NCBI GenBank assembly: GCA_951406725.2
Contig: OX597830.1
Span: forward strand, 72,912,001 to 72,976,000
Length of the DNA stretch: 64,000 nt
Origin: Octopus vulgaris
Lineage: Eukaryota
Direction: 5' to 3'
Shown: positions 27,572 to 43,099 of the stretch, piece by piece
Layout: the number at the start of each line of letters is the position of its first letter
How positions within the stretch are numbered: the first letter of the stretch is position 1
Made by a program: the position numbers and the translations under genes
The notes under the pieces: generated by a model
Seen by the model: only the letters and a program-made list of their open reading frames with translations
Database searches by the model: none
What the model was told of the DNA's origin: nothing

Positions 27572-27849
27572 GTCCAAATTCGAACCAGCGACGAAGAGGT
27601 CGACAAACCTATACAAGATTTCAGACACTAGAACTAGAGAAAGAATTCAAATTCAACCGTTATCTGACACGACGACGGCGTATTGAGCTGTCGCACATGC
27701 TCTGTTTGACGGAGAGACAGATCAAAATCTGGTTTCAAAACAGAAGAATGAAAGAAAAGAAGGAATTACAAGCAATTAAAGAACTTAATGAGCAGGGCCG
27801 AACACAAGATGTTTCAAAGACACATAAAAACTCGGAAGCTTCCAGTTAA
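27572..27849 (+). CDS. Lox2: Hox gene Lox2 (Ubx/abd-A group), last coding exon with homeodomain and Ubd-A peptide
   Basis: Translation [75 protein letters not shown]. Homeodomain 27589-27768; Ubd-A parapeptide QAIKELNEQ 27769-27795. [13 protein letters not shown] and MKEKKE fit Lox2 rather than Lox4. Polypyrimidine tract plus AG at 27570-27571 gives a phase-1 acceptor; stop TAA 27847-27849. Confidence 0.93.
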
Positions 27850-29619
27850 TGTGACTACAACATAATTGAGTACGAGAGAGGGAGAGAAAAAAAGTTTATA
27901 TAATTAATTTTAAAATGAGGACGTGATAAAAAAAAAGAAGTAAAAAATATTATTGATAAGACTGACTAATAATGGTTTTTATCAATATTTTATCATTGTC
28001 AATCAGTCCTGATTTTTTTTTTCCTTTCATTTTTTTAGTAACTTGAGATGTGTAAAGCAAACAGCTCAGTATGTTCATCATTCTGGAACCAAAATGGACA
28101 AAATATTATGAATGCATCACATACGACAAGAACGTAAAATGAACAAAATGATAAAGAATTAAAGATACGCATGAGTTAGATATATTTGAGAGACACATGC
28201 AAAACACATGCGTACAAATGCAATGCATACAAAACAAACACACACACACACACTCACTCACCCACTCACTCACTCATTCACTCACTCACTCACTCACTCA
28301 CTCATTTACTCACTCAATCACTCACCCACAAACAGACCAACGTTTCGTTCAACAAGCTATAATATAAAGACTATCACAAAGAAAAACATTTAAGAAAAAA
28401 TGCAAGCTGCCAAGTTGCCAAAACATAGAATGGTTAATTCGAATAACGTTTCCAATTTTCACCTATACAGTATCTGTAGAATTAGTTACTACAGATCATC
28501 TCACTACGAATACAAATACATACTAACACAAACACATTCGTACTTGTATACATGCGCGTACATACATAAATACATACATACATACGTACATACATACATA
28601 CATACATACATACATACATACATACATACATACATACATACATACATACATACATACATACATGTGTGTACAAGTACATGCATATATGCGGCAAAGAGGT
28701 ATAAATGGGTTCTTTCAAGGCAGATGTATCTGTGATGGAATCAAGGATGCAACTGAAGATCAATAAGTGTAGGTGCCTCACAGGATTGTAAACGAGAACA
28801 TTTCTGTTGAGTGGCCAAACTTACTAATGGCATTTTACAACTTACTTTAGCATTTCAGTCGCTCCTAAAATACTAACAACAACATCAACAATAATAATAA
28901 GAAGAATAATTAATGGGTTTGAATTATATATATATATATAACCTACAAAGAAAGTAGCTGCAGAAGACACAATTAAAATGAAATGATGAAAGAACAGTAG
29001 CATCAGCAACTATAGTAGCATTGATTCTGATGACAGAGCATCTTGAGTCTCACTCGAATAGATGGACTGGCTCTCCCTCAAAGCGAAGAGTATTCCAGTT
29101 GATACAATCAACCAAACAACCTGCACACATAATTAACTTGATGTGGCTGAGCACGCCTCAGACAGGTCTGCCCTTAACGTAGTTTTCAATATAACTAAGC
29201 TTGACACAGAGTCACCATGTTGGGCCTTAGAATTACACGTACAACTTATTGGTCAAGACTGAGTACAACTGAGTGGTCAAGACCAACGAGAAATAGAATA
29301 ACCCAAGGACATAGCATGCTGTAGGAATCGAAATCACGAAATTAAGATCCTGAACCGAATACCTTAGCCACACTGTCATGTGTTTCTCTCGACCAGAAAG
29401 AAATAATGGGTAAATCCCCAATAAGATTCTCTCTAATTTCTAAAAACAGATTGCATTGGATAATATAATCCGAGTGGCACTCTGTCTGAAAATTAGTTGG
29501 GATAGTTATGATTGGAACACTTTATCAGTCATAGACATAGCACTACACTTCATAGACATAGATCTAATCAACAGTAGCTAAGCTGGGTTTAAATAGTAAT
29601 TCCAATGAAAAATGAAAGG

Positions 29620-29769
29620 TGCAGGAGTGGGTGTGTGGTAAGTAGCTTGCTAACCAACCACATGGTTCCGGGTTCCGTGGCAACTTGGGCAAGTGTCTTC
29701 TGCTATAGCCCCGGGCCGACCAATGCCTTGTGAGTGGATTTGGTAGACGGAAACTGAAAGAAGCCTGTC

Positions 29770-29830
<61 letters not shown>

Positions 29831-30051
29831 CGTGTGTGTGTTTGTGTGTCTGTGTTTGTCAATCGATGCTTGACAATCGATGCTGGTGTGTTTACGTCCC
29901 CGTCACTTAGCGGTTCGACAAAAGAGACCGATAGAATAAGTACTGGGCTTACAAAGAATAAGTCCCGGGTACGATTTGCTCGACTAAAGGCGGTGCTCCA
30001 GCATGGCCGCAGTCAAATGACTGAAACAATTAAAAGAGTAAAGAGTAAGAG
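29620..30051 (+). mobile_element. SINE family A copy
   Basis: Match to 3765-4160 with an expanded (TA)n interior. Confidence 0.85.
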
Positions 30052-30666
30052 TATTATGGTCTCGCCAACTACGACATTAGAAATAAGGAATAACAGAAAG
30101 AGCTTGCTTGAAGCAATGTAGTAAAGAACTAAAACAGTAAAAATGGTGAAGATAGGGAGCTCTTTGCAATGCGAAAAGAAATACATTTAATAGCATTTAT
30201 ATATTTCAAGCACAAAAATTATTAAGTTTATCCGTTTACTGCATTGTACGAAGCTCTTCGTCTTCGCTATTTTTAGTATACCAAGAAGAAATGTGGCGAA
30301 GAATAAAAACAAGCCAACGTAGTAATACAAAACCAATAAGCTGTTCCAGATAAAATTTATTGAATCGAAGGAGTTCTTAACGGAATAATGGTAGTAGAAG
30401 AGGTAAAGCGAGTCCAAAATATCGGTAGTTATCTATTCGAACGCCAAATAGAATTACGCGATTTTACTAATTGTAGATCACATATATTTTAAGCTCAGTA
30501 AAACGGAAGCTGTTTTTGTGTTTCCTGTATATACATGTGTGTGTGTGTGTGTTTTGCGTGGAAGTGAATTGAAAAGAAGGAATACAAATAAGCCTAATAT
30601 AGGAATAAAAAGTATATATATATATATATGTGTTATGTATGTATATATATATATATATATATATGT

Positions 30667-30727
<61 letters not shown>

Positions 30728-30730
30728 ATG

Positions 30731-30783
<53 letters not shown>

Positions 30784-31087
30784 GTATATATATATATATG
30801 CATGCATGGATTATTCAGAAACGCAAAGGGTGGTAGTATTGTTTTACTGTATTTGCCGCTGGATATTATATAATTGCATATATAAGGCATATATTTAACA
30901 GGTGCAAATACACGTAAAACTCAAATACACGCAAATATACATGGGTACCTGCACGAGTACATACACAACTAGATCCAGACATGAATATTTTTTGTTTTCA
31001 CTTACTAGCTCGAGATCTGCAGCCATAATGGATCGCTATTACATATATATACATATATATATATATATATGCATATATATATATATA

Positions 31088-31158
<71 letters not shown>

Positions 31159-31159
31159 A

Positions 31160-31240
<81 letters not shown>

Positions 31241-31242
<2 letters not shown>

Positions 31243-31427
31243 TTAATCCAAACAAGAAAACAAAAAAAACACAACGCGAGGACGTGGAACAAATGTAGTA
31301 TTATTGGACGCTCAGGAAAGAAGGGAAGAAGGAGGGTCTAATATTTCGAGCGGAGCTCTTCGTCGGAAACATAGGAGAAGGGAAGACAGAGGAAAAAAAA
31401 TCGCCAACGGTACACACGAGGTGACAC
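31241..31427 (-). mobile_element. (TA)n-embedded HHR-bearing repeat, family 2, copy 1
   Basis: Homologous to 51457-51662; starts at a (TA)n array and ends at (CA)n/(TA)n. Confidence 0.65.
31336..31370 (-). ncRNA. Minimal hammerhead-like motif with palindromic stem III
   Basis: Reverse complement gttt-CCGACGA-a-gagc(tcc)gctc-GAAA-ta-TT-agac. Confidence 0.55.
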
Positions 31428-31445
31428 ACACACACACACACACAC

Positions 31446-31490
<45 letters not shown>

Positions 31491-32822
31491 TATATGTATA
31501 TATCTATATATATACGCATATGTATACGTTTGTTTGTGATAAATAGAGAAAAAAACACAAATACAATACATTGATAACAAATACAACACCAACAATAGTG
31601 ATAAGATGCAAATTATCATGTAACAAAATTTTTAAACAATAAAAGAAACACAACAAGAACTAAGATAAAGGAGAAAAAATAAATAGCATGTCTCCGAATA
31701 TATCTAACGAAATATAAAAAAAATGTGAAGCCAAATACAAAAGAAAAGTATTTAAACGGAAAAGTGATGCTCATATCATATGTGAAATTACGCAAAAATT
31801 TATCATTGCAGGTAGGAGAAAATATTTGGCAGCCATTTTGGATTACAAGGTGATACCAGAAAACTGGATTGAGATAATGGACATCCATTAAGAAGGAAAA
31901 TGAAAGATATACATATAAAATATGCAAAAAAAAAAAAAGAAAAAGAAAATAATAATAAAACCATCCGAAAAGAATTCGAGAACGAAATAAAAGAATAAAA
32001 AAGACTAAATACAAACTATTCTTCCTGGTTAACGAGAAATTTTTAAAGACAAAACAAGAATACGTACAATCATGCATCTCTCTATATATATCATTATTAC
32101 CGTTTTTCATTAATGAAGATTTGGACTAAATATATGCATCTCCGCTAGATATACATAAACATACGCATATAGTAAGTTTGTTAAAATATAAGAAACAGCA
32201 CCACATAATGCGTATGTACATGTATGTGTGTGTGTGTGTGTGTGTGTTTGAGTATGTATACATTTGTATGTGCATATATCTGTATATGGATATACATATA
32301 TATATGTGTGTGTGTGTGTGTGGCAATGTATTTGTTAGTAATATGTATATATATATTGTACATTTATATATATGTATATGCGTATGTATGAATGTGTGCC
32401 TTGTGTGCGTGTATGCACGTATGTATGTTTGTCTGCATTACAGTTAGATGTGTGATGAAGTCTCCTATAAATTCCTAAGTCAGATTGTAACACACAAGCA
32501 ATGAGAAACTTACCTGTTCATCGACATGAATGTTATACATACATGCATATACATTACATGGAGATAACATATATAGTACATATATATATATGTGTGTTTG
32601 TGGGTGTGCATTCGTGTACAAAATTTTATACGCATTTAATATTATACTGCTAATTTACTCATACATACAGACCCATGCGGACATGCTCACGCACGCATAG
32701 ACACATACAGGCACACACGTACAGAGAAAGATATGGATAAGAATGTGATATCTGTGTGATATCTGTGTTTCCATGCGCCAGTATAATTACTGTGATAGAT
32801 GCTGATGAATACATATGTGCAC

Positions 32823-32864
<42 letters not shown>

Positions 32865-32960
32865 CATGTATAAATATATATGTATATATTTATATAAATA
32901 TATATATATATATTTATATGCATATATATATACATAAATGCATATATATATATATGCATA

Positions 32961-33001
<41 letters not shown>

Positions 33002-33134
33002 GTATCTGAGGCATACGTACACACACGTTCACATATATATATATATGCATACATATGTATCCATACATTCAAACATACGCACATACAAACACACTAATAT
33101 CCGTATATATACACACACACAAGCACACACACAT

Positions 33135-33167
<33 letters not shown>

Positions 33168-33588
33168 CATACATACATACATATACATACGTACGTATAC
33201 ATACAAGTATGCATATATCCGTACTAGCTTAGTAAACCCGAATACTCCAAATTGATGCATCGTGTTTTTTTGCATTTATTTATTTATTAACATGATACAA
33301 GACATTTTCTACATTCAACAAACATAAAACAATGCTAATTATTTTTTAAACCATTGCACTACTACCACGATGAATAGTGCCACATCTAGTACCAGCACTA
33401 ATATTACATTCACTACCATCGATATTGAGTTCACCATCAACACTATGGTCAACACAAATAATGCAAGTAACCCACAATCACGTGTTACTACGTTTCTATA
33501 TGTTCTGTCAAGTTAGTCACATAATTCTTATTATTTTATTGCTATCCAAACTGAATACTTGCCAATATAACTATGTCATGTATATATG

Positions 33589-33653
<65 letters not shown>

Positions 33654-33769
33654 TTATATATATGCATGTATATATATATATACATACATACATCTATATA
33701 TATATATATATAAGTATACTTATATGTATATATATATATACATATATGTATATATATGTGTATATATGT

Positions 33770-33835
<66 letters not shown>

Positions 33836-34723
33836 TCATATATGCATGCATATGTGTTTATGTACATATATACATATAAATACGTATATATGTGTGTGTA
33901 TACATATATTAGTATATATGTACATATGTGAATATATATATATATACATATATATATATTTATATATATTTATATTTATATATATGTATGGAAATAATAT
34001 GTAGTGTATATATGTATGTATGTATGTATATAAAACATATTGCATGAATACATATATGTATATACGTATATGTATATACGTATATGTATATACGTATATG
34101 TATATACATAAATATTATATATACATATATATTCATAAATATTTACTTACATATATGTGTGTGTATGTGTATGTATTTATGTAATACCTACATATCAACG
34201 TGTGAAGCTTTCTAAAGATATATGTATCATTGTATGTAACTTGTCTACATATTCAAATTCGTATCAATTCAGGAAGGGGTTCGCGCTTAAAACAAAATAT
34301 ATACACCTGCACATACTCATACTGTGTGAAGTGTAGTATTCTCGATCTCGCTTAAGCGGGTACTCCTTACTGATATCTATATAAGAGGCGAGATTTATGT
34401 AGTTCGCGAAAACTTGCGCATACTAGATATAGAGATATATATATTTATATGTGTGAATATATCTGTGCGTATGTCTGTGTGATTGTAGGCATCTGTAAGA
34501 GTATACAAGTATGTGTATGCTGGATTATAAATGTATGTACGTATATACGTGTAGGTATGTACATATATATATATATATATATATAGATATATATATATGC
34601 ATACCTACAGACACGCATATATATATTCATACATTCATACTCACATACACATATACATATATATATATATGTTTATATATATATATATACATATATATAC
34701 ATATATATATATACATATATATG

Positions 34724-34763
<40 letters not shown>

Positions 34764-34768
34764 TATAC

Positions 34769-34804
<36 letters not shown>

Positions 34805-35006
34805 GCACACATGCTAACGTTTATACATGCGCCTTTAGAAAGGTTATAACAATGCTTGCGTACAATCATTTACTATATGTATGAATACATACGTATATTT
34901 ATATGCATATTGTTATGTTACATATATATATATGTATGTATATACGTGTGTGTGAGTGTGTTTGTCTGTGCTAGTGCGTGCATGTAAGAATATATGTGCA
35001 TGATCA

Positions 35007-35063
<57 letters not shown>

Positions 35064-35144
35064 AGCAATATATGCATCAGCGTATATAAACATTCACTAC
35101 ACATATTTTTTATAAACATTCATGTGTGAATGTATATGTAAATA

Positions 35145-35212
<68 letters not shown>

Positions 35213-35659
35213 TCAGTGAGTGTGTGAGAGAGTGTATACATTCATAATTAGAATTATTTACATATATTATGTGTTTATGTATGAATAACGCCAACCATCA
35301 TGTCTATGAGAAGAGCGAATATTTATGTTTTTCCATGTTTGAATATATGAGAAAGGTGTACGAATGTTCATTTTCGTTGAGAGTTCGTAGAATCGCATAG
35401 AAATGTATAAAACGCTTGAATGCAAGTTCCGAATGTATATTTAACTGAAAAATTTCAAAACTGAATAAAAATTAAACATTTTTATGATAGAGAATTTTTA
35501 ATAAATATATATATATATATATATTTAGACAAAACGCTTTCTTGCCTGAGACATTTAAAATGCACACTAAAATCATCATATTTATATATATCAGTAACTA
35601 TATATATACATATATACATGTATACATGTATGCATATATTTATATACATGCATATATAA

Positions 35660-35692
<33 letters not shown>

Positions 35693-36066
35693 ATTATATG
35701 TATATACATATATATACTTGTACATTTTCACATGTATATACACATATATATACATACACTCACATACTATTAAGAACTATATCTATTCGGTTGTATTTCA
35801 TTTACATCTACATTTATGTTTATCTTTCTTCCTCTTCTCACACTTATTATTATCACATATATTATTATCATTAATAGTATTTATTTATTATTATCAGTAT
35901 TATCATCATCATCATTACGATAATTAGTTCTTATTTAACTTGCAATGACAATGAAACGATTTGCTGGATCATTAACGAGAATATTTAAATTAATTATTAA
36001 TTTAAATATTTATAAGTGACATTACTTGTATCAATATGTAGAGGAAGAAGTACATATCATAATTGT

Positions 36067-36136
<70 letters not shown>

Positions 36137-36215
36137 TATATTTGTGTGCATGTGTCTCTGTGTATATGTATATATATATAAGTATATGTATGTATATATA
36201 TATGTGTGTGTGTGC

Positions 36216-36259
<44 letters not shown>

Positions 36260-37002
36260 ATATATATGTGTGTATATATATATGTGTGTGTATATATATA
36301 TATAAATGTATATATATATGTATGTGTATATATATACTTAGATCCACATGTATATCATTTATTTGTTTATATTGATTTGTTCTGTTCAGTTATTTTTTGT
36401 TTGCGTTTATTTTGGATTCATTATTATTACTATTATCATTATTTTCTCTTATTATAATCGTGTTGTTTTATTTTTGTTTTTGTTTTTTTTTTATCCCCTA
36501 TCAATTAATTTCTTTTCTTGCCTGTATGTGTTCAGTAGAGAAATGTGTTTTAATAAATAAATTTCAAGGATATTTTGGAATGTATTAAATAAAGACAAAA
36601 AAAAAAAGAAGAAAAACTGCAACAACAAGTAATAGCAACAATAAGTATTTGTTAAAAGGAAAAAAGGGAAAGAAAAAAGAAGACTCTATGGTAACCAAAA
36701 GCTAAAACTGATTACAAAAAAAAAATAATAAATAAACGAGAAAAGTATAATGTTGATAATATTAATAATTCAAAATTTGAAAATTGAAAAAAATGTTTGA
36801 CTATAAATATTATAAATGAAATAACTTACAAAAGACTTGAAACCGCGAACTGTCCATTCCACATTCAAACGTTTCCTTAAATGTCTGAGTTCATTTATAT
36901 ACCCATAAAACGAGAATAAAACATGCAACACACCAACGGTAAAAAAAATGTTTATGTATATATATACATAAATATATATATACACACACGCATATAAATA
37001 TA

Positions 37003-37045
<43 letters not shown>

Positions 37046-37132
37046 ATATATGCACACACACATATATTGCATATATATATATGCATATATACATACATAT
37101 ATGTATATACATACATTTATATATGTATATAT

Positions 37133-37215
<83 letters not shown>

Positions 37216-37382
37216 CATACGTATATATATATATATACATATATAAACACAAAGATATTGTCATATTGTTCTTGGAAAATAAATACATTTTAATGAAGAC
37301 AGGAAAAATAAATGTTTTGGTTTTTTTACGCTCTATCATGATGTCATTTACTATTTTTCTTCTTTTCTAACAGCTATATTTA

Positions 37383-37462
<80 letters not shown>

Positions 37463-37862
37463 CTATGTCTATATGAATGCCTCTGAATGTATCCGATTTG
37501 TTTCAGCCTTTTGTACAGTCATCTAACCCTGACGAATTTTGAACTACAGAACGAAGCTTGTCCTCTGATGTTTCATACTGTGTGAAAGAAAATACTGCTT
37601 ATGACATGTTGTTTACACCAGAACATATATATTTTGTCATATTTTTTCAAAATGGTCTTACCATTTCATTTCCTCTGTCATTCAATATAAATTTGCTTCG
37701 TTTTCTTCATTAAATTTGGAAAAAAAAACAAAATATCCCAATCTACAAATCCTATTCAGTTACCCGTAAATCCAAGATAAATCCGTCTGCCACCTCCCCA
37801 CCTTTCTTTCACTTTCTCTCTTTATATATACATATATACATACACACACACACACATACACA

Positions 37863-37911
<49 letters not shown>

Positions 37912-37927
37912 TTATATATATATATAC

Positions 37928-38059
37928 ACTTTATTAAAATGCAGCAAAAATATCTCAAAAACTGTTACTCAGAGTTTCACATTCCCGTTCGTCGGATAAT
38001 TTTGCTTAGAATATTTACTCTACCTACCATGTTTCACATTTATGTGTTTACACTGGTAA

Positions 38060-38060
<1 letters not shown>
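37928..38060 (-). mobile_element. Collapsed copy of the 16180-16410 element (left arm plus tail remnant)
   Basis: Near-identical to 16181-16250, then jumps to the tail sequence (ttactctacct...); flanked by (TA)n. Confidence 0.6.
37962..37999 (-). ncRNA. Third copy of the CCGACGA/ctctgag hammerhead-like motif
   Basis: Reverse complement ttat-CCGACGA-acg(ggaa)tgt-GAAA-ctc(t)gag-TA-acag; same family as 16215-16252. Confidence 0.55.
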
Positions 38061-38115
<55 letters not shown>

Positions 38116-38128
38116 TACATATATATAC

Positions 38129-38194
<66 letters not shown>

Positions 38195-39105
38195 TCGCTG
38201 AATGAATGTTTCTTCGCTAGTTATGACACTTCATTTCTCCCACATTCATACCTTAGCATTTCTCTTCACACTAATCTTATTTATCTCTTGTTTTCTTTCT
38301 CTGTTTCAACCTCACCCAACTGTTGAACCTTCGTTGGTGTCATTTACTCATCCAACGTGCACTCGCTTGTTACCCCAGTCCCTGTTTTCGAGAGCTTCTC
38401 ACTCGTATTTTAATTTTTCGTCCACTTACTCTTCGCCTTTTGCCCTCAGCATCACACTTTGCATGCAAATGCCACCGCCTGCATTGGTTTTTCTGGGACT
38501 TCTTTCAGTCAGCAACTCGTGTTTAAAACATTATACCAATTCCTTTTGTTTCCGCCTCGTTTTTTCGTTCTTCTTTTTTCAGGTACGTACGTAGACCACA
38601 TACCATCACTAGCTGCGTCTTCCTCAATATCCATGTGCCTAACACCCAAAGGGAACCTGTTGCTTCCGCATTTCTGTTTTCCAGAATGACTGTCCAAAAA
38701 CATTAACCAGCTTTTCTCGTTCTTCGCAAATTTCATCCTATATGCACGACATCAACTACGTCCACTGATTCTTCAAGCACTTTCACTTCGGACCATTCTA
38801 CACCATTTGAGCATGTCCCTTAATGACTGAGTTTTTATGCAACTTTGATTACTAGTGGTAGTAATGAGGGAGCATCATATCCATGTGTTGAGAGAAATTC
38901 TTTGGGGTTTAAGTAATTCGCCTCTGGAAACCTGAGTGTTTCGATCATCATCCTTAAACAGCGCTTACTCCGGGACCTTTTGAGCAGGATGCACTACTCC
39001 TACTATTCCCATCAACACTCAGATATGGACGATTATCTCAAGTACTAAACAACGTTTAGTAATACATTTAAATAATAAATGGAAATGATAATGATATTAA
39101 TGATA

Positions 39106-39197
<92 letters not shown>

Positions 39198-39358
39198 GAA
39201 CAATTACTACCCATGTATTTTAATTTAACTTTAAGAAAGTGAACGAACTAGTGAGTTTAGTTTAATGGCCTACCAATGTATACTATGAGTTTCTTTGCTC
39301 TAGGAGTCGGGAAGACACTCGGCAAGAAATGGAAGCAAATTTGAAAGAAGAAAAAAAA
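39198..39358 (+). mobile_element. 3'-UTR-only insertion of the 42228 family within a TAA array
   Basis: Near-identical to 42381-42549; TAA repeats on both sides. Confidence 0.7.
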
Positions 39359-39539
39359 TTATAATAATAATAATAATAATAATAATAAAATAAAGATAAA
39401 TAAATAATTAGTATAGACCATTTTATAAGGAGTGAAAGGAAAACACGAGTATTTGATAAATAGTGACGAAGATTTGCTGCAATATACCGGGACCAATATT
39501 TTTGATATTTCTAAATGATTGTGACAAATGATAATCACT

Positions 39540-42107
39540 TTTTTTTATGGAGGCGACACAATGCAAGCTGGTTATTTATATGTGTGTGTGTATGTAAATA
39601 TATGCACACGTGTATATACAAATATGCAACTCGCGTGAAATCATGATGCAACACAACTATGAAAGGAGAATGAAGCTATGGCTGGTCATCGTGAAGGTTT
39701 CCCACCCAGCACGTCCGAAACCGCCCGCATCAGGGGCAGTGATCTGGCCTTGGACGGTCGTTATGTCACAAAATATCGCATACACGGTGTGCGCAAAAGC
39801 AGGCATAAGTGGACGAAGGGAGAGCACGATATAATTATTCAATATCATAAAAGAGCAAAGCCGGAAAGAAGTTGCGAAGTAGGCCGACGTACCTTGAAAT
39901 TTTGGATGGAAAAGGACATGTCACCAATATCAGAAAATAAACTAATGAACAAAGTGAGAGTCGTTAGGAGGAAGGGTTACTTAACTGGAGTAGAAATATC
40001 TCGGATTAGTGAGAGTCTGAGAGACCATGCGGATGGGGTACAAAGGATGGTCGGAGTTGAAAACAGAGATGTAGGTGTTGAAAGCAAAGGGAAGAGTAGA
40101 CAGGAGGAACAGGGAAATGGTGATGGAACTGTTAAAGATGAAGAACATGAACGTTATACAGTGAACTCTGATACTCTGGTGAGTGGACATGCAGCGGAAC
40201 TGAACCAACTAGATAATGAATTGCTTGAAATTCAAATACGACTTACCGAGTTGATGAATGCTCCAGAAGAAAAAATTCCCCATGAATATGAGAAGGGTAG
40301 ATAGGAGTATGATAAATAAAGTAACACAAAAGATAACTACTGTTATATCATACATCCAGACGGAGAACATAACACAAGCAAGGAATCTTCTCCAAGCAAT
40401 TGCACTACAGGCTGAGAAATAAACAAAAAAATGGTGGCGCAAAAGAACCACGGTGGATACGACGCATTGAAAGGGGCATAATGCGGGTAAGGCAAGATCT
40501 AGGAAAAATTGAGCAATGGTTAAGAGGAAACTGGAAAAAGGGGAAAAAGACCGACCGAGAAAAATTTGAGAAGAAATCTAAACTATGTAAGGACGATTTT
40601 GATGCAACGATAGAGCAGGTAAAACTGAGGATCATAGAAAAATCCTGAAGTACAGAAGATTCGTAAAGAGAAATAAGCAGTTGGAGGAAAACAGATTGTG
40701 CAAAAATAGCCCGAAGCAACTCTTCCGAAGGCTAGACGGAAACAATGGGGAAAATGTTGCTCCTGATGCAAATCAAGACAAGGAGTTCTGGAGCAGGCTA
40801 TGAGGAAACAATGTGATGCATAAAAGAGATGCACTATGGATAGGAACTATCAAGACAGAATTAATAGGAGGAAAGAAACAAAGGAATATTGTCATAAGCA
40901 CAGGTGACGCGAAAGAACAAGTGGATAAAGTCAAGGTTAGCGAGGCGTATCTATAAAGGATGAAGATGGTGTTGAAATCCAACTTGAATGCCTAAAATTT
41001 GGTTGCCGTAATGAATATCTGGGTAGTTGCAGTGGTCAGATAGAAAGGACTAAGGAGGAAATATCAACACTGGTTAGAAGGACGAGAAAGTTGATGACGC
41101 TGCATGTGGCAGAGAACTAATTAGTATAGATCATTGTATAAGGAGTAAAAGGAGAACATCTGCCGAGTTTTTGATAAATAGTAATAAAAACCTGCAGCAA
41201 TATACCGCGAAAGATATGGGTGTAAATGCGGATGAAATGATAGGAACGGAAGAGTTTAACAAAAAGAACTGAGGAGAAGGGAAAAGAAGACCTTGATATG
41301 AGAATGCATGGACAATTTGAAAGGAATACATAGGACGTTAAGGATAATACAGCATCGTGGGCATGACTTGAGCGAGGTGATTTGAAGCGTACCACGAAAG
41401 CATGATCATTGCTGCGCAAGACTAGGCTCTCGCTACCAATTCGGTGAAGTAAAACATCTGTAAAACTTTTGACACACAGACATGCAAACTCTGTGGAAAG
41501 CGTGTGGAAAATGTGACCCACTTGGTAAGTGGATGTGAGAGCCTTGTACAAAGAGAATACAAGCACTGCCACGATAAAATGTGTGTGTATATTCATTAGT
41601 TCTTATACCGTATATAACAACATGAAGTAACAGAGAACTGGTATGAGCATGTACCAAATAAAGTTATGCAGGAGGATGGAAAAGAAACGATACTCTGGGA
41701 CTATGATTTTCAGACGGATCGTGTAATCGAACACCGTCGGTCGGATGTATTGTCGTATTGAGTAAGAGAGACAAATACTGTAAGATCATTTATTTAGCTA
41801 TAACAAATGATACGAATGTTGTATTTAAAGAGGTTGAAAAATTTCGCCAAGTACTCCGAACTGAAAATAAAAATGGCAAGTCTGTATGGAATGCGAGAGG
41901 GTAGTGTAAAAGTGACACCAGTGATGATCAGAGCGTTGAGCTTAACTCCATTGAAGCTCCAAGACGTCTTAAGACTGGAAATACCATGCAAGATCGATGT
42001 CATCTTAAGTGCACATCTTAAAGAAAGTATTATCTGTCTGAGGTCCTTGTGATTTGACAGGTGACTAAAGACTCCGATGCATTCTTACCTACACTGTGTT
42101 ACGAAGG
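39540..42107 (+). mobile_element. Second decayed R4/Dong-like element with the RT internally deleted
   Basis: KWTKGEH...ISENKLMNKVRVV N-terminus, EPRWIRRIE, CKLCGK...THLVSGC zinc knuckle, EYKHCHD, ILWDYDFQTDRVIEH; ends in (TAA)n at 42108; the 5' boundary is approximate. Confidence 0.75.
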
Positions 42108-42120
42108 AATAACAATAATG

Positions 42121-42549
<429 letters not shown>

Positions 42550-43099
42550 AATAATAATAACAACAATAATAAGATTATCTATTTTGGTAATGATATAGCA
42601 AATATTTTAAAGTGGTCAAGGGTTTTAGGTAATCTAGGGGTGCTGTAGAGACACGTCTTAAATTAGAATCGAAACCATATGACTATCTCTTTTTTTCTTA
42701 TCGATATCAGCCTAATTTTCAGTACACCCACGCACACTTACATCCTCTACACGTAACACTTACATATAGATCACATATAACTTTCATATAACCACGTCTT
42801 TGTTTTACTAAAGCAAAAAGATAGTAGCCAATAGATTCGAATATATTCTAAACCTAGTCACGCAAACGGAAGGAAATGAAATAATGGTTTCATATACAAT
42901 CATAAATAATGATTTACAGTAATGGGTAAAGTTGGGAAGGAAAGGCGTTCGTACTTTGTTGCCAATACATATACTACCGTCTCCAATAACGAACGTATTG
43001 ACATGCAGTTAAGTACTAATGCTAATATTGTGTATTGTAACGATGTCTGTCAAGTAATGATATTCATGAATATTAATACATAAGGTTATTATAGTTATA

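Noticed and set aside
37524-37566. CTGACGA...GAAG...GTC hammerhead-like string
   Set aside because: No stem I pairing and GAAG instead of GAAA; probably chance.
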